From the NCBI GenBank assembly GCA_038213805.1, contig JBBQSO010000049.1:1-38726 (forward strand): a stretch of 38,726 nucleotides of DNA, in the 5' to 3' direction. Below, piece after piece: positions 1 to 8,751 of this stretch (positions are counted from its first letter, which is position 1; the number at the start of each line of letters is the position of its first letter). The notes below the pieces were generated by a model. It made no database searches, was not told the DNA's origin, and saw only the letters and a program-made list of their open reading frames with translations. The stretch is from Planctomycetota bacterium (GTDB lineage Bacteria; Planctomycetota; UBA11346). The position numbers and the translations under genes are program-made.

Positions 1-1
1 C

Positions 2-2326
2 GCGCGCCACGCCGCCCAGGTGGCGAGCCACGAGGCGCGCCTGCGCGACCTCGAGGCCGCCCTGGTCCGCGCCCAGCAGGAGCTGGCGGCGACCAATGCG
101 CGCATGCACACGCGCCACGAGACCGAGCGCCAGATCGCCGATCAGCTGGTGCGCGCCGCCGAGGGCGACGAGCAGCTGGCCAATGCCGCCGCCGACCTGG
201 CGATGGGCCTCGACGATCTCACCGACGGCGCGACCGACGTGCGCGACCAGCAGGTGGTCGAGACCGTCACCCTGCTCGCACAGCGCAAGAAGGACCTCAG
301 CGAAGAGGTCGACCGCCTCAAGGCCGACGGCTGGGTGCAGCAGCGCGAGCTCAAGGAGCTGCGCGAGCAGGCCACCTCGCTCGAGAGCGAGCGCGACGAG
401 ATGGCTGCGAGCGGCAAGGAGATCATCAACCTCCTGACTCAGCAGAAGGAACGCACCGTGCAGGAGCTGGAGGCGATCCGCGCCCAGCAGGAAGCCACCG
501 AGGCTTCCCTCGCACGCTTCGAGCATCGCACCAGCGCCGCCGAAAGCGCCAACCGCCAGCTCGCCGAGGCGCTCTCCGCCCTGGCCAACGCGCAGGCGGG
601 CGGCGCCGGCGTCGAGGACGCGCGCGTCGATCTCGAACTCGCATTGTCGCAGCTGCCGGACGAGGGCGAGGACGCGGTCACCGTACCTGAGGACCTCAGC
701 CTGACCCTGGCCAACAGCGGGCAGAAACTCGCCGCCGCGCTGGCCGCGAACTACCGCATCGCGCACTCCGCGCACCACGAGGCGACGCGCGAGCACGACC
801 GCCTCAAGGCCCAGGTCGAAAGCATGCGCGCCGAGGTCGAGACCGTTCAGAACGGCATGGAGGAGCAGGTCGGCACGCTGCGCAGCAGCCAGGCCGAGGT
901 GCGCGCCGTGCGCCAGGAGATGAACAATCAGGGCCGCGACCTCGCCCAGAAGGTGCAGGAGCTCACCACCCTGCGCGGCGAGATGGCCAGCACCAAGGCC
1001 GAGCTGGCGGTGGCGCAGCAGCGCCTCGAGGACCAGGACCGCCGTTACCACCAGGCCAGCGGCCAGCTCACCGAGGCGCGCCGCGAGCTCGAGCGCCTTG
1101 GCCAGCAGCTTCACCAGGCGCGCGGCCGGGCCGAGGCCGGCGAGCACGCGCAGGGCCAGCTCCTGCAGTCGCTGCGCTCGTTGACCCACCGCCAGGATGC
1201 CTCCCCGGCGCTGACGCGGGCACTCACCGACGCCGACCTCTCCGATCCGCTGAGCGTGGCCGCGCAGAAGCTCGACCTCGCCCAGGGCGCCGGACCCGAC
1301 CAGGTGGTCGCCGCCGGCGCCACCTATGCGAGCGCCCTGCGCGACCGCATCGAGCGCCTCGCCGAGGGTCTCGAAGAGGCGCGTGGCGAACTCGGCGCGA
1401 CCAAAACCAGCGAAAGCGCCATGCAGGGCGAACTCGCCGGCCTGCGCGCCCAGGTGGTCGACCGCGACCACGAGGTCGAAAACCTCAGCAAGGCCATCGA
1501 ACTCGCCAAAGAGGGCCAGGCCGAGCTCCTGACCCAGCTCATGGACCAGCGCCGCACCCACGACGAGACCGCCGCGACGCTCAAGAGCATCAAGGAGCAG
1601 CTGCGCCTCGCCCAGGCCGAGAACGAGGACTACCACGCGCGCGACAACGCCTCGTCGGGCCACTTCAGCAGCGACAACGAACGCCTGCGTGCCGAGCTCG
1701 AAAAGGAGCGCGCCAACCAGAGTCAGATCGACACCCAGCTCAGCGATCTGCGCGAACGCGCCGAGGCCGCCGAGGCCCGCCTGCGCTCACAGCGCGACGA
1801 GCTGACGCGCCGCCTTGAGGAGCGCGACCACGTCATCCAGGCCAAGGACCGCCAGCTCGATCAGCTCGCAGCCCAGCGCAGCGATACCAAGAGTCTGGAG
1901 GCCCAGGTCCAGGTGCTGTCCAAAGACCTCGCCGAGGCCCACGACCGCATCAAGGCGCTTGAGGGTGTGCACGGCGAGAACGCCGGCGTCACGGTGCGCA
2001 GCGGCGACCTGGCGCGCGAGCTGAAGAATCTCCAGCAGGAGCGCGACCAGCTGCGCGAACGCCACCGCACCATCGAGGGCGACCTCGCCGACGCGGTCAG
2101 CCTCTCCGCCCAGCTGCGCACGCAGCTCGACGAGAAGCGCAAGGATGTCGAGGCGACGCGCGAGAAGCTCGCCAAGGAGCTGAACGACGAGCGCGAGCGC
2201 ACCGGCGCGATGCGCGAGGAATTCCGCCGCCTCAAGGAGGAGGTTGTCGGGCTCAAGGCGCGCATCCGCCGCCTTACCGATGGTGGGGGCCCGGTGACGG
2301 GCACCTTCCAGAAGCCCAAGGGCTGA
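2..2326 (+). CDS. Very long coiled-coil protein (SMC/myosin-tail-like composition), 5' truncated by the window edge
   Basis: Frame is open from base 2 through the GTG at 20 to TGA 2324-2326. More than 768 aa of E/Q/R/L/A-rich heptads with GC3-biased codons. No ATPase motif in the visible part. Confidence 0.85.
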   Translation, partial: ARHAAQVASHEARLRDLEAALVRAQQELAATNARMHTRHETERQIADQLVRAAEGDEQLANAAADLAMGLDDLTDGATDVRDQQVVETVTLLAQRKKDLSEEVDRLKADGWVQQRELKELREQATSLESERDEMAASGKEIINLLTQQKERTVQELEAIRAQQEATEASLARFEHRTSAAESANRQLAEALSALANAQAGGAGVEDARVDLELALSQLPDEGEDAVTVPEDLSLTLANSGQKLAAALAANYRIAHSAHHEATREHDRLKAQVESMRAEVETVQNGMEEQVGTLRSSQAEVRAVRQEMNNQGRDLAQKVQELTTLRGEMASTKAELAVAQQRLEDQDRRYHQASGQLTEARRELERLGQQLHQARGRAEAGEHAQGQLLQSLRSLTHRQDASPALTRALTDADLSDPLSVAAQKLDLAQGAGPDQVVAAGATYASALRDRIERLAEGLEEARGELGATKTSESAMQGELAGLRAQVVDRDHEVENLSKAIELAKEGQAELLTQLMDQRRTHDETAATLKSIKEQLRLAQAENEDYHARDNASSGHFSSDNERLRAELEKERANQSQIDTQLSDLRERAEAAEARLRSQRDELTRRLEERDHVIQAKDRQLDQLAAQRSDTKSLEAQVQVLSKDLAEAHDRIKALEGVHGENAGVTVRSGDLARELKNLQQERDQLRERHRTIEGDLADAVSLSAQLRTQLDEKRKDVEATREKLAKELNDERERTGAMREEFRRLKEEVVGLKARIRRLTDGGGPVTGTFQKPKG

Positions 2327-2347
2327 AGCGACTCCGGCCAGACGCCG

Positions 2348-2385
2348 ACCAAGACCCCGGGCAGCCGCCCGGGGTCTTGGTTTTT
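2348..2385 (+). terminator. Rho-independent terminator
   Basis: Perfect 15-bp stem ACCAAGACCCCGGGC (2348-2362) / GCCCGGGGTCTTGGT (2367-2381) with a 4-nt loop and a T-run, 21 bp after the stop codon. Confidence 0.9.
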
Positions 2386-2423
2386 ACGCCTGCCGCGCAG
2401 GCTGCTGACGGGTGGGACCGACC

Positions 2424-3161
2424 ATGGACGACAGCGAGAGCCCCGCATCTGCGCCGCATCCGGCCGCGGCTCCGCTCGGCGCGACGGCGCGGCCCTCCGG
2501 ACGACTCCCGTTCACGGGGTCGGCCGCCGCGGCGACCGCCGGCGCGCCGGACGCCGCGGAACTTGAGACACGCCTACGGGCGCTGATCCGGGCCGATCTC
2601 GACAGCGTGTCGCTGATCTCGACCGGCGTGGCGCTGGCGATGCTGATGGCCAGCGACGCGGTGCGCGGCTTTGCGGTGATGTGCGAGGCGGTAGCGATCT
2701 GGCGCGTGCACGGTCGCAGCCAGGCCGAGATCCGCGACTACCTGGTCATGCGCCTGCAGGTGCCGGCGCAGATGGCCGACTATACATGGCGGTCGACCAT
2801 GCACGTCGCCGCGGTGTGCACGCGCGTCGTGCGTGGCCGGCTCGCCGAAGGCGCGGCAGTCGACCTGCTGTGCCAGGATCCCGGCGCCGAACGACCGGTC
2901 ATCGCGGCGCTGGTGGCGATGATGCTGCGCATCTACCGCGAATCAGGAAAGGACAGCCTCGGCGGGACGGGCGGCAGCCTGCTCGGCGCCATGGGGGTGC
3001 TGGCCGGTGGCGTGATCGGCGCGTGGGCGGGCGTGGGGCTGGGTGGAGGTCACGGCTGGTTCGCATGCGTGCTGCTGGGAGTGATCGGGCTGCCGGCGGG
3101 CATGGTCGGGACCGTGCTGCTGATCGCATTGGGCAGGACGGTCAAGAAGCTGGGGTTGTGA
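2424..3161 (+). CDS. Hypothetical membrane protein with two C-terminal Gly-rich hydrophobic helices
   Basis: ATG 2424, 245 aa. C-terminal segments GSLLGAMGVLAGGVIGAWAGVGLG and WFACVLLGVIGLPAGMVGTVLLIAL. Fills the gap between the terminator and the convergent operon. Confidence 0.7.
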   Translation: MDDSESPASAPHPAAAPLGATARPSGRLPFTGSAAAATAGAPDAAELETRLRALIRADLDSVSLISTGVALAMLMASDAVRGFAVMCEAVAIWRVHGRSQAEIRDYLVMRLQVPAQMADYTWRSTMHVAAVCTRVVRGRLAEGAAVDLLCQDPGAERPVIAALVAMMLRIYRESGKDSLGGTGGSLLGAMGVLAGGVIGAWAGVGLGGGHGWFACVLLGVIGLPAGMVGTVLLIALGRTVKKLGL

Positions 3162-3183
3162 TCTGCTGGTCTGGGCCCAGCGA

Positions 3184-5793
3184 TCACCTGCGGCGTCCAA
3201 CGGCGCCCACGCCCAGGCGCTCAGCGATCCCCAGCACGTTTTCCCAACGCCGGATCGCGAGATCACCCAGGAACAACGCCAGGATCAGCAGCAGCAGCGC
3301 AGGTCGCAGATCACTGACGGCGCCGCTCGCATCCGGCGGCTCGGGCAGGCGCGTGGCGCCATCGGCGAGCACCGTTCCCCCGCTGCATTCGGCCAAGCGG
3401 TTGAGCAGATCGCGGTCGATGTGGCCAGTGGCGGATTCGGCGCCGGGCTGATGGACCAGGCCGGCGGAGACCTGATCAGCACCGCAGCGCGCACGCACCA
3501 GGTAGACCCCGGGCGCATCGGGCCGGAAGGTGCCGCGATATCGGCCGGGACCGTCCTGCTGGAGATCGACTCCGGCCACGGGCCGCATCGCGCCACCCTG
3601 CGCCGGGACGTGGAAGACATCGGCATGGACCAGGGCTCCGTCCTTCCAGGTCCCAGCGTCCTCGCGCACGTCGACCTCGATGCGCGCGCTGCGCCCGCTG
3701 CCATCGATACGCAGATCGAGATGGCGACCCTGCGCCTCGCGGATGGTCTCGCGCACCACCTGGACCCAGAACTGGGCGAAGCCCTGCGGCCAGCGGCCGA
3801 GCCACAGGCCCGACCAGCGGGAGGTCGCGTCGCTGGTGAAAGCGGTGACCTTGCCGGCGCCGAAGCGCCAATTGGCGAGCAGCGGATCGTCGAGATCGGT
3901 GACCAGCGGCACCTGGGCCGTAGCGCGGCGCAGGGTGCGCACATAGCCGAGCAGCTCTGGGGCCAGACGCACATCCCAGCCGGCGAGCATCGGATGGCGC
4001 TCCGCCTGGCGGGGCCTGAACGGCTGCTCGCGCACCAGCTTGCCCAGGTGGGTCATGGTATCCTGGGTGAAGATGCGCGGTATCTGCCGCGGGTCCTCGC
4101 AAAGGTAGAACTTGCCGCCGCCGGCCGCGGCCATCGCCTTGAGCAGTTCCACATCGGCGTCGCCCCCCACCGCCACGGTGGAGACGGTGATGTGCTCGGC
4201 CTTGCATGAGGCGGCCAGTTCGGGATAGCCCGAACCGTTGGTCTGGCCATCGGTCAGGACGATCATGTGCTTGGTCTTGGCCGGAGCGCGGCTGAGCGCG
4301 GTGCGGGCCTCGGACATGCCGGGCCAGATGTTGGTGCCGCCGCCCACGGCGATCGCGCCGATGCGCGCCTGGATCTCACCTTTCGGCGCCAGCCGGCCCA
4401 TCGGTAGCGCCCACTGCGCGTCGCTGTCGAAGACCACCACGCCCAGCCAATCCTTGGCCTGCAGCAGCTGGCTGGTGGCGAGGGCCGCGGACTTGCAGAC
4501 TTCGATCTTCTCGCCCGACATCGACCCCGATCGGTCGATGACCAGGGCGAGACCAACCGCGGCCTTCTCTTCGTTGTCCTGCGCCTGCATCTTCACCGGC
4601 AGCAGTTCTTCGATGGGCGTGCGGAACCAGCCGCCCACGCCATACGAGCTGGTGCCACCGATCACCAGCAGGCCGCCGCCGAACTCCTCGACGTAGATCT
4701 TGAGTGCCGTCATCGCCCGCTCCGACATCAGGCGCGCGGGCAGGTCGGCGAGGATGACCCCGTCATAGGCGTTCAGTTCCTGGACGGTATCGGGCATGAC
4801 GGCGGGTGGACGATCGTCGAGGCGGATGCCTTCGGCGGCGAGCGCGTCGCTCAGATAGTGCGATTCCGCCGCATCGCCCGCCACCACCAGCAGGCGCGGA
4901 CGGCCATCGACATCGACCAGGGCAAGGGCCTGGTTGTTGCCGGGTACGCTGTCGCCGGCGAAGCCGTCGGCTTCGACGCGGTAGGTGTAGAGGTTGCGTT
5001 CCGTCGGCGTGCGGCGGAATTCGCAGCGCTGCGCCGGCCCGGCCGTCACGCTGATGGTCCGCGTTTCGACCTCGAAGCCGTTCTCGAACAGCCGCAACCG
5101 GCCGCTGGCGGCGATGCTTGATTCGATCTCGGCGGTCAGGGTCAGCGCGGCGCCCTCATGGGAGCGCACGCGGTTGGCGGTCAGGCTCGACACGCGCACA
5201 TCGCCGCGCAGCGGACCGGCCACCGGCGCGACGATGATCGGTACGCCGGCCAAAGCGGCCTCGCGCGCGGAGGCCAGTACGTCGCCACGGGTCTGCACGC
5301 CATCGCTGATCAGCACCAGTTGCCGGCGCGCGGCGGGCGGGAACAGCCCGCGCGCCAGGTCCAGCGCCGCGGCAAGATCGGTGTCCTGCCCGTCGGACGC
5401 GGTCAGCGCCGGGTCGGCCACCAGCGTGGGCGCGCCCACGGCGGGGGTGCGGGCCACCTGCGGCGTAGAGCCGGCCGAAACCACCGCCATCCAGGTGCCG
5501 GCGGGCAGGTCGGCGGCGATCGCCTGCATGCGCGCGATCGCTACCGTGCCGCCGTCCGCGCCCATGCTTTGCGAATGGTCGATGGCGAAGACCACCGCAC
5601 GGACCGCCCCACCGCCATGCCATTCCGGAACGCACAGCGTGAGGATGACCAGGGCGATGGCAGCTGCGCGCAGCAGCGACGCCGCCACATGCCGCCACCG
5701 CGGCAGTCCCAGGCGCGACGCGCGCTGCGCCCACCACAGCAGGGCCAGGGCCGGCGGGATGAGCAGCAGCAACCACGGCGCGCCCAGGCTCAT
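3184..5793 (-). CDS. Membrane-anchored double-VWA protein with an Ig-like and a GATase1-like region
   Basis: ATG 5793 overlaps the upstream TGA (ATGA). N-terminal double TM (PWLLLLIPPALALLWW...LLRAAAIALVILTL), MIDAS motifs IDHSQSM and IDRSGSM, LISDG/VLTDG, GGGLLVIGG...SYGVGGW..TPIEELLPV, C-terminal TM. 869 aa. Confidence 0.85.
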   Translation of the reverse strand: MSLGAPWLLLLIPPALALLWWAQRASRLGLPRWRHVAASLLRAAAIALVILTLCVPEWHGGGAVRAVVFAIDHSQSMGADGGTVAIARMQAIAADLPAGTWMAVVSAGSTPQVARTPAVGAPTLVADPALTASDGQDTDLAAALDLARGLFPPAARRQLVLISDGVQTRGDVLASAREAALAGVPIIVAPVAGPLRGDVRVSSLTANRVRSHEGAALTLTAEIESSIAASGRLRLFENGFEVETRTISVTAGPAQRCEFRRTPTERNLYTYRVEADGFAGDSVPGNNQALALVDVDGRPRLLVVAGDAAESHYLSDALAAEGIRLDDRPPAVMPDTVQELNAYDGVILADLPARLMSERAMTALKIYVEEFGGGLLVIGGTSSYGVGGWFRTPIEELLPVKMQAQDNEEKAAVGLALVIDRSGSMSGEKIEVCKSAALATSQLLQAKDWLGVVVFDSDAQWALPMGRLAPKGEIQARIGAIAVGGGTNIWPGMSEARTALSRAPAKTKHMIVLTDGQTNGSGYPELAASCKAEHITVSTVAVGGDADVELLKAMAAAGGGKFYLCEDPRQIPRIFTQDTMTHLGKLVREQPFRPRQAERHPMLAGWDVRLAPELLGYVRTLRRATAQVPLVTDLDDPLLANWRFGAGKVTAFTSDATSRWSGLWLGRWPQGFAQFWVQVVRETIREAQGRHLDLRIDGSGRSARIEVDVREDAGTWKDGALVHADVFHVPAQGGAMRPVAGVDLQQDGPGRYRGTFRPDAPGVYLVRARCGADQVSAGLVHQPGAESATGHIDRDLLNRLAECSGGTVLADGATRLPEPPDASGAVSDLRPALLLLILALFLGDLAIRRWENVLGIAERLGVGAVGRRR

Positions 5794-7637
5794 GCGACCC
5801 CCAGGCGATGATTCAGCCAAGCTTCGAGCAGCAGCAGGCCGAGCAGCAGGGAAAGCAGCAGCGGCATCAGATCGCCGCGCCACCACGCCGTCGCCGCCTG
5901 GTCGCCGTGCGCCGGCGGGGCCGCGGACAGCACGGTCTCGCCGCTATCGAGCAGTGCGGCACTGCCGGTCTCACCGGCCTCGGTGCGCCAGGCGCCGAGC
6001 CGATCGAGCTCCACCAGATGGCTGGCGCTGCGCAGCGTGGTGCCGTCGCTCCAGGTCAGCTGCGCGCCTTTCAGTGTCAGCACTGTGCCAGTGTGGTGGC
6101 GTTCGCCGCCCTGGCGGTCGCGCTCGGGCTGGGTGCACCACAGCAACGCGTTGCCGATCAGCAGTGGCCACACGCTGGTCAGGGCCAGGCGTTCGCTGCG
6201 ATCCACCGCCGCCGCCAGCGCAACCAGCCGTGCGCCCTGGATCTCGCCCGCCGCGAGGAACGGCCCGGCGGGAGAGGACCACAACGGGGTCAGTGGCCCC
6301 GCGCTGGGCAGCACCGCGGTCTGGAGGGCGGCAACGCGCGCGCTGGCCACGCCGTAGAGCAGCGCATGGCCAGGATCGGCGAGGCGCGGCGAATCCACCG
6401 CCAGGCCGCCAGCGATGGCCAGCGCGCCGAGCGGCGCGCGACCCGCCGGCGGATCGATCACCAGCGCCGGCCGCGCGCTCCACTCCGGCGGCAGCCAGCC
6501 GACGAAGATCACCACATCGGCCGCCAGGTCGGCGCGCCAGGCGGTGGGTGCGATGCTCGCGACGCTGATCGCCCCGGCCTCGGCCAGGCCGGCCATGGCG
6601 ATGCTCACGAACGGATCGGGCCTGTCGCCGACCAGCAGGACGTGCAGGCGTTCCTGGCGCGGCAGCAGCAGCTCGACGCGGTCATCCAGATCCAGCACGT
6701 CGCCCGGCAGGCGCAGGGCCAGGCTGAGCAACGTGCCGACCGGGCGATCCAGCGGGATGGAGAGGCGCTGCACGGGGCAATGCCCGGTAGCGTCCGCGCT
6801 GAAACTCAGGGCGCGCAGGGTCACGGTGGTGCCGTCGAGCGCCGCGGTCAGTTCGGCGGCGGCGGTGGTGTCCGGCGGCAGCACCGCTTCGACCTGGACG
6901 AACACCTCGATCTGGCTGGGTTCCAGCGGGCGACGCCGCAGATCCGCGGCCGTGATGCCGGCGTTCAGCGCGCTGGACAGTGCCACGTTGCGCCCGCTCA
7001 GGGTCACGCCGGCGGGCAGCTGGCGGTCGGTGCCGGGCAGCGCCGGGTGGTCGCTGGCGTCCCACACCTGGGCCGGGACCGCGCTCGCCGCCAGCTGTCC
7101 GGCCAGGGCCAGGGCCGCCGCGCGCGCCGCCGGGTCGCCGGCCACCGGGCGCACGGCCACAGCGGACAGGGCGCGCAGCGCCGCGCCGTGGTCGACGGTC
7201 GGGGCGCAGACGATGTCGGCGCGCACATCGTGGGCGACCACGGCGACGGCGGTGCCGGCGGGCAGTGCGGCGAGCCGCGCCCGCGCATCGCCAAGGGCGA
7301 CGGCGAGCCGGCTGCGGCCGTCGCTGCCGCGCGCCGCCATCGAAGCGGAACGATCCACCAGGATAACCACGCTGCGCGCCGCTGCGCTGGGCGGCGCCAG
7401 GATCGGTCGCGCCAGCGCCGCGATGGTCAGCGCCACCGCCAGCAGGCTGAGGAGCAGCGCCAGCAGCCGCTTGAGCAGACGCAGCCACGGCGCATCGCGG
7501 GTGGTGCGGTGCAGGGCCGCGAAGAACGCCAGGGTGGTGGTGCGCAGCGTGCGCGGTCGTGGCCGCACCAGGTGGAGGAGCGCCGGCACGATGAGCAGCA
7601 GCAGGCCCCACAGCGCATGCGCGGTGAGGAAGATCAT
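5790..7637 (-). CDS. BatA-domain / VWA protein
   Basis: Start MIFLTAHALWGLLLLIVPALLHLVRPRPR (BatA-type N-terminus), second TM ending LARP, MIDAS-like VDRSASM, C-terminal TM ending LLEAWL. 615 aa. Confidence 0.85.
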   Translation of the reverse strand: MIFLTAHALWGLLLLIVPALLHLVRPRPRTLRTTTLAFFAALHRTTRDAPWLRLLKRLLALLLSLLAVALTIAALARPILAPPSAAARSVVILVDRSASMAARGSDGRSRLAVALGDARARLAALPAGTAVAVVAHDVRADIVCAPTVDHGAALRALSAVAVRPVAGDPAARAAALALAGQLAASAVPAQVWDASDHPALPGTDRQLPAGVTLSGRNVALSSALNAGITAADLRRRPLEPSQIEVFVQVEAVLPPDTTAAAELTAALDGTTVTLRALSFSADATGHCPVQRLSIPLDRPVGTLLSLALRLPGDVLDLDDRVELLLPRQERLHVLLVGDRPDPFVSIAMAGLAEAGAISVASIAPTAWRADLAADVVIFVGWLPPEWSARPALVIDPPAGRAPLGALAIAGGLAVDSPRLADPGHALLYGVASARVAALQTAVLPSAGPLTPLWSSPAGPFLAAGEIQGARLVALAAAVDRSERLALTSVWPLLIGNALLWCTQPERDRQGGERHHTGTVLTLKGAQLTWSDGTTLRSASHLVELDRLGAWRTEAGETGSAALLDSGETVLSAAPPAHGDQAATAWWRGDLMPLLLSLLLGLLLLEAWLNHRLGVA

Positions 7638-7690
7638 GACGCGCGCCGTCCCGGCACGGCGCCGAGCGCCAGCTCGCGAGGGATGCGGCC

Positions 7691-7816
7691 GATCGAACAG
7701 GAGGCGCGGAGACGCGGAGACCGGAGGAGGACGAGCGGAATGGCTCGTGAGCGGCTGGGCGGCGACAGCGAGTCCCACTCCTCTTGCCTCCGCGTCTCCG
7801 CGCCTCCTGTTCGATC
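7691..7816. repeat. REP/MITE-like element with a perfect 29-bp inverted repeat
   Basis: GATCGAACAGGAGGCGCGGAGACGCGGAG (7691-7719) is the exact reverse complement of 7788-7816. The 68-nt spacer contains smaller hairpins. Confidence 0.85.
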
Positions 7817-7848
7817 CGTTGTCGGTCGTCGCTTGGCGGTGGCCGCCA

Positions 7849-8751
7849 TCACGCCCCCGCCAGCGCGCAGCCGCGTTCGAGCCAGATGGTGAACTGCTCG
7901 GCGAAGGGCCGGTCGGTATGCCACGGCATGTGGTCGATCTCCCAGCCGGCACAGGCACGCGCGAGCTCGTCGCGCCAGGCGCCGAAAGCGGCGCGGTAGT
8001 GGGCCAGATCGTCGCGGGTCAACCACAGCCGCTGCACGGCGCCGCTCTCGACGCACTCCAGGCGCAGCTCGCCGTCCTGGGTGGGAGCCACCTCGGCCGG
8101 ATCGACTACATGCAGGACATGGGCCTCGGCCGGCCAGGCGCGCATCTGGCGCAGCGCGGGCAGGGCTTCGCCTGGGGAGCGCCCCAGGCAATCGGAGATC
8201 AGGAACACCAAGCCGCGCCGATCGCCGCCGCCCGCGAACCGGGCGAGGTCGGCGCCCAGCTCGCCGCTGCCGGAGAACGCCAGGCTGCGCAGCTTGGCGG
8301 CCAGGCCGTGGACGTGGCCCGGGCCCTTGAGCGGCGGCAATTCGCGGCGGCAGCCGCCGCCGATGGTGTGCAGCGACAGGCGGTGGCCGCCGGTCAGCGC
8401 CATGTAGCCCAGGGCCATGGCCAGGCGCAGCGCCTCGCGCCGCTTGGCCGGATGCGGTTCGGCCATCGAGGTGCTGCGGTCGATGATGAGGTGGACGTGG
8501 TATTCCTGCACCTCCTCGAAGACCCGCACGAACATGCGGTCGAGACGCGCGAAGGCGCGCCAGTCGATGGTGCGGAAATCGTCGCCGCGACTGTAGTGGC
8601 GGCGATCCTTGAACTCGCGGGTGTGGCCTGCCGCGGGCGTCTGCACCGGACCCTGTTTGCGCTGGCGGCGCCGGCGCCGCACCATCAACGCCAGCACGCG
8701 CAGCCGGGCGATGAAATCCGGATCGAGCAGGTCGTCGCGCTCAGCGTCCAT
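7849..8751 (-). CDS. DUF58 domain-containing protein (MoxR-associated)
   Basis: EFKDRRHYSRGDDFRTIDWRAFAR..RMFVRVFEEV, LIIDRSTSM and FLISD are typical DUF58 motifs. 300 aa. Start overlaps the upstream stop. Confidence 0.92.
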   Translation of the reverse strand: MDAERDDLLDPDFIARLRVLALMVRRRRRQRKQGPVQTPAAGHTREFKDRRHYSRGDDFRTIDWRAFARLDRMFVRVFEEVQEYHVHLIIDRSTSMAEPHPAKRREALRLAMALGYMALTGGHRLSLHTIGGGCRRELPPLKGPGHVHGLAAKLRSLAFSGSGELGADLARFAGGGDRRGLVFLISDCLGRSPGEALPALRQMRAWPAEAHVLHVVDPAEVAPTQDGELRLECVESGAVQRLWLTRDDLAHYRAAFGAWRDELARACAGWEIDHMPWHTDRPFAEQFTIWLERGCALAGA

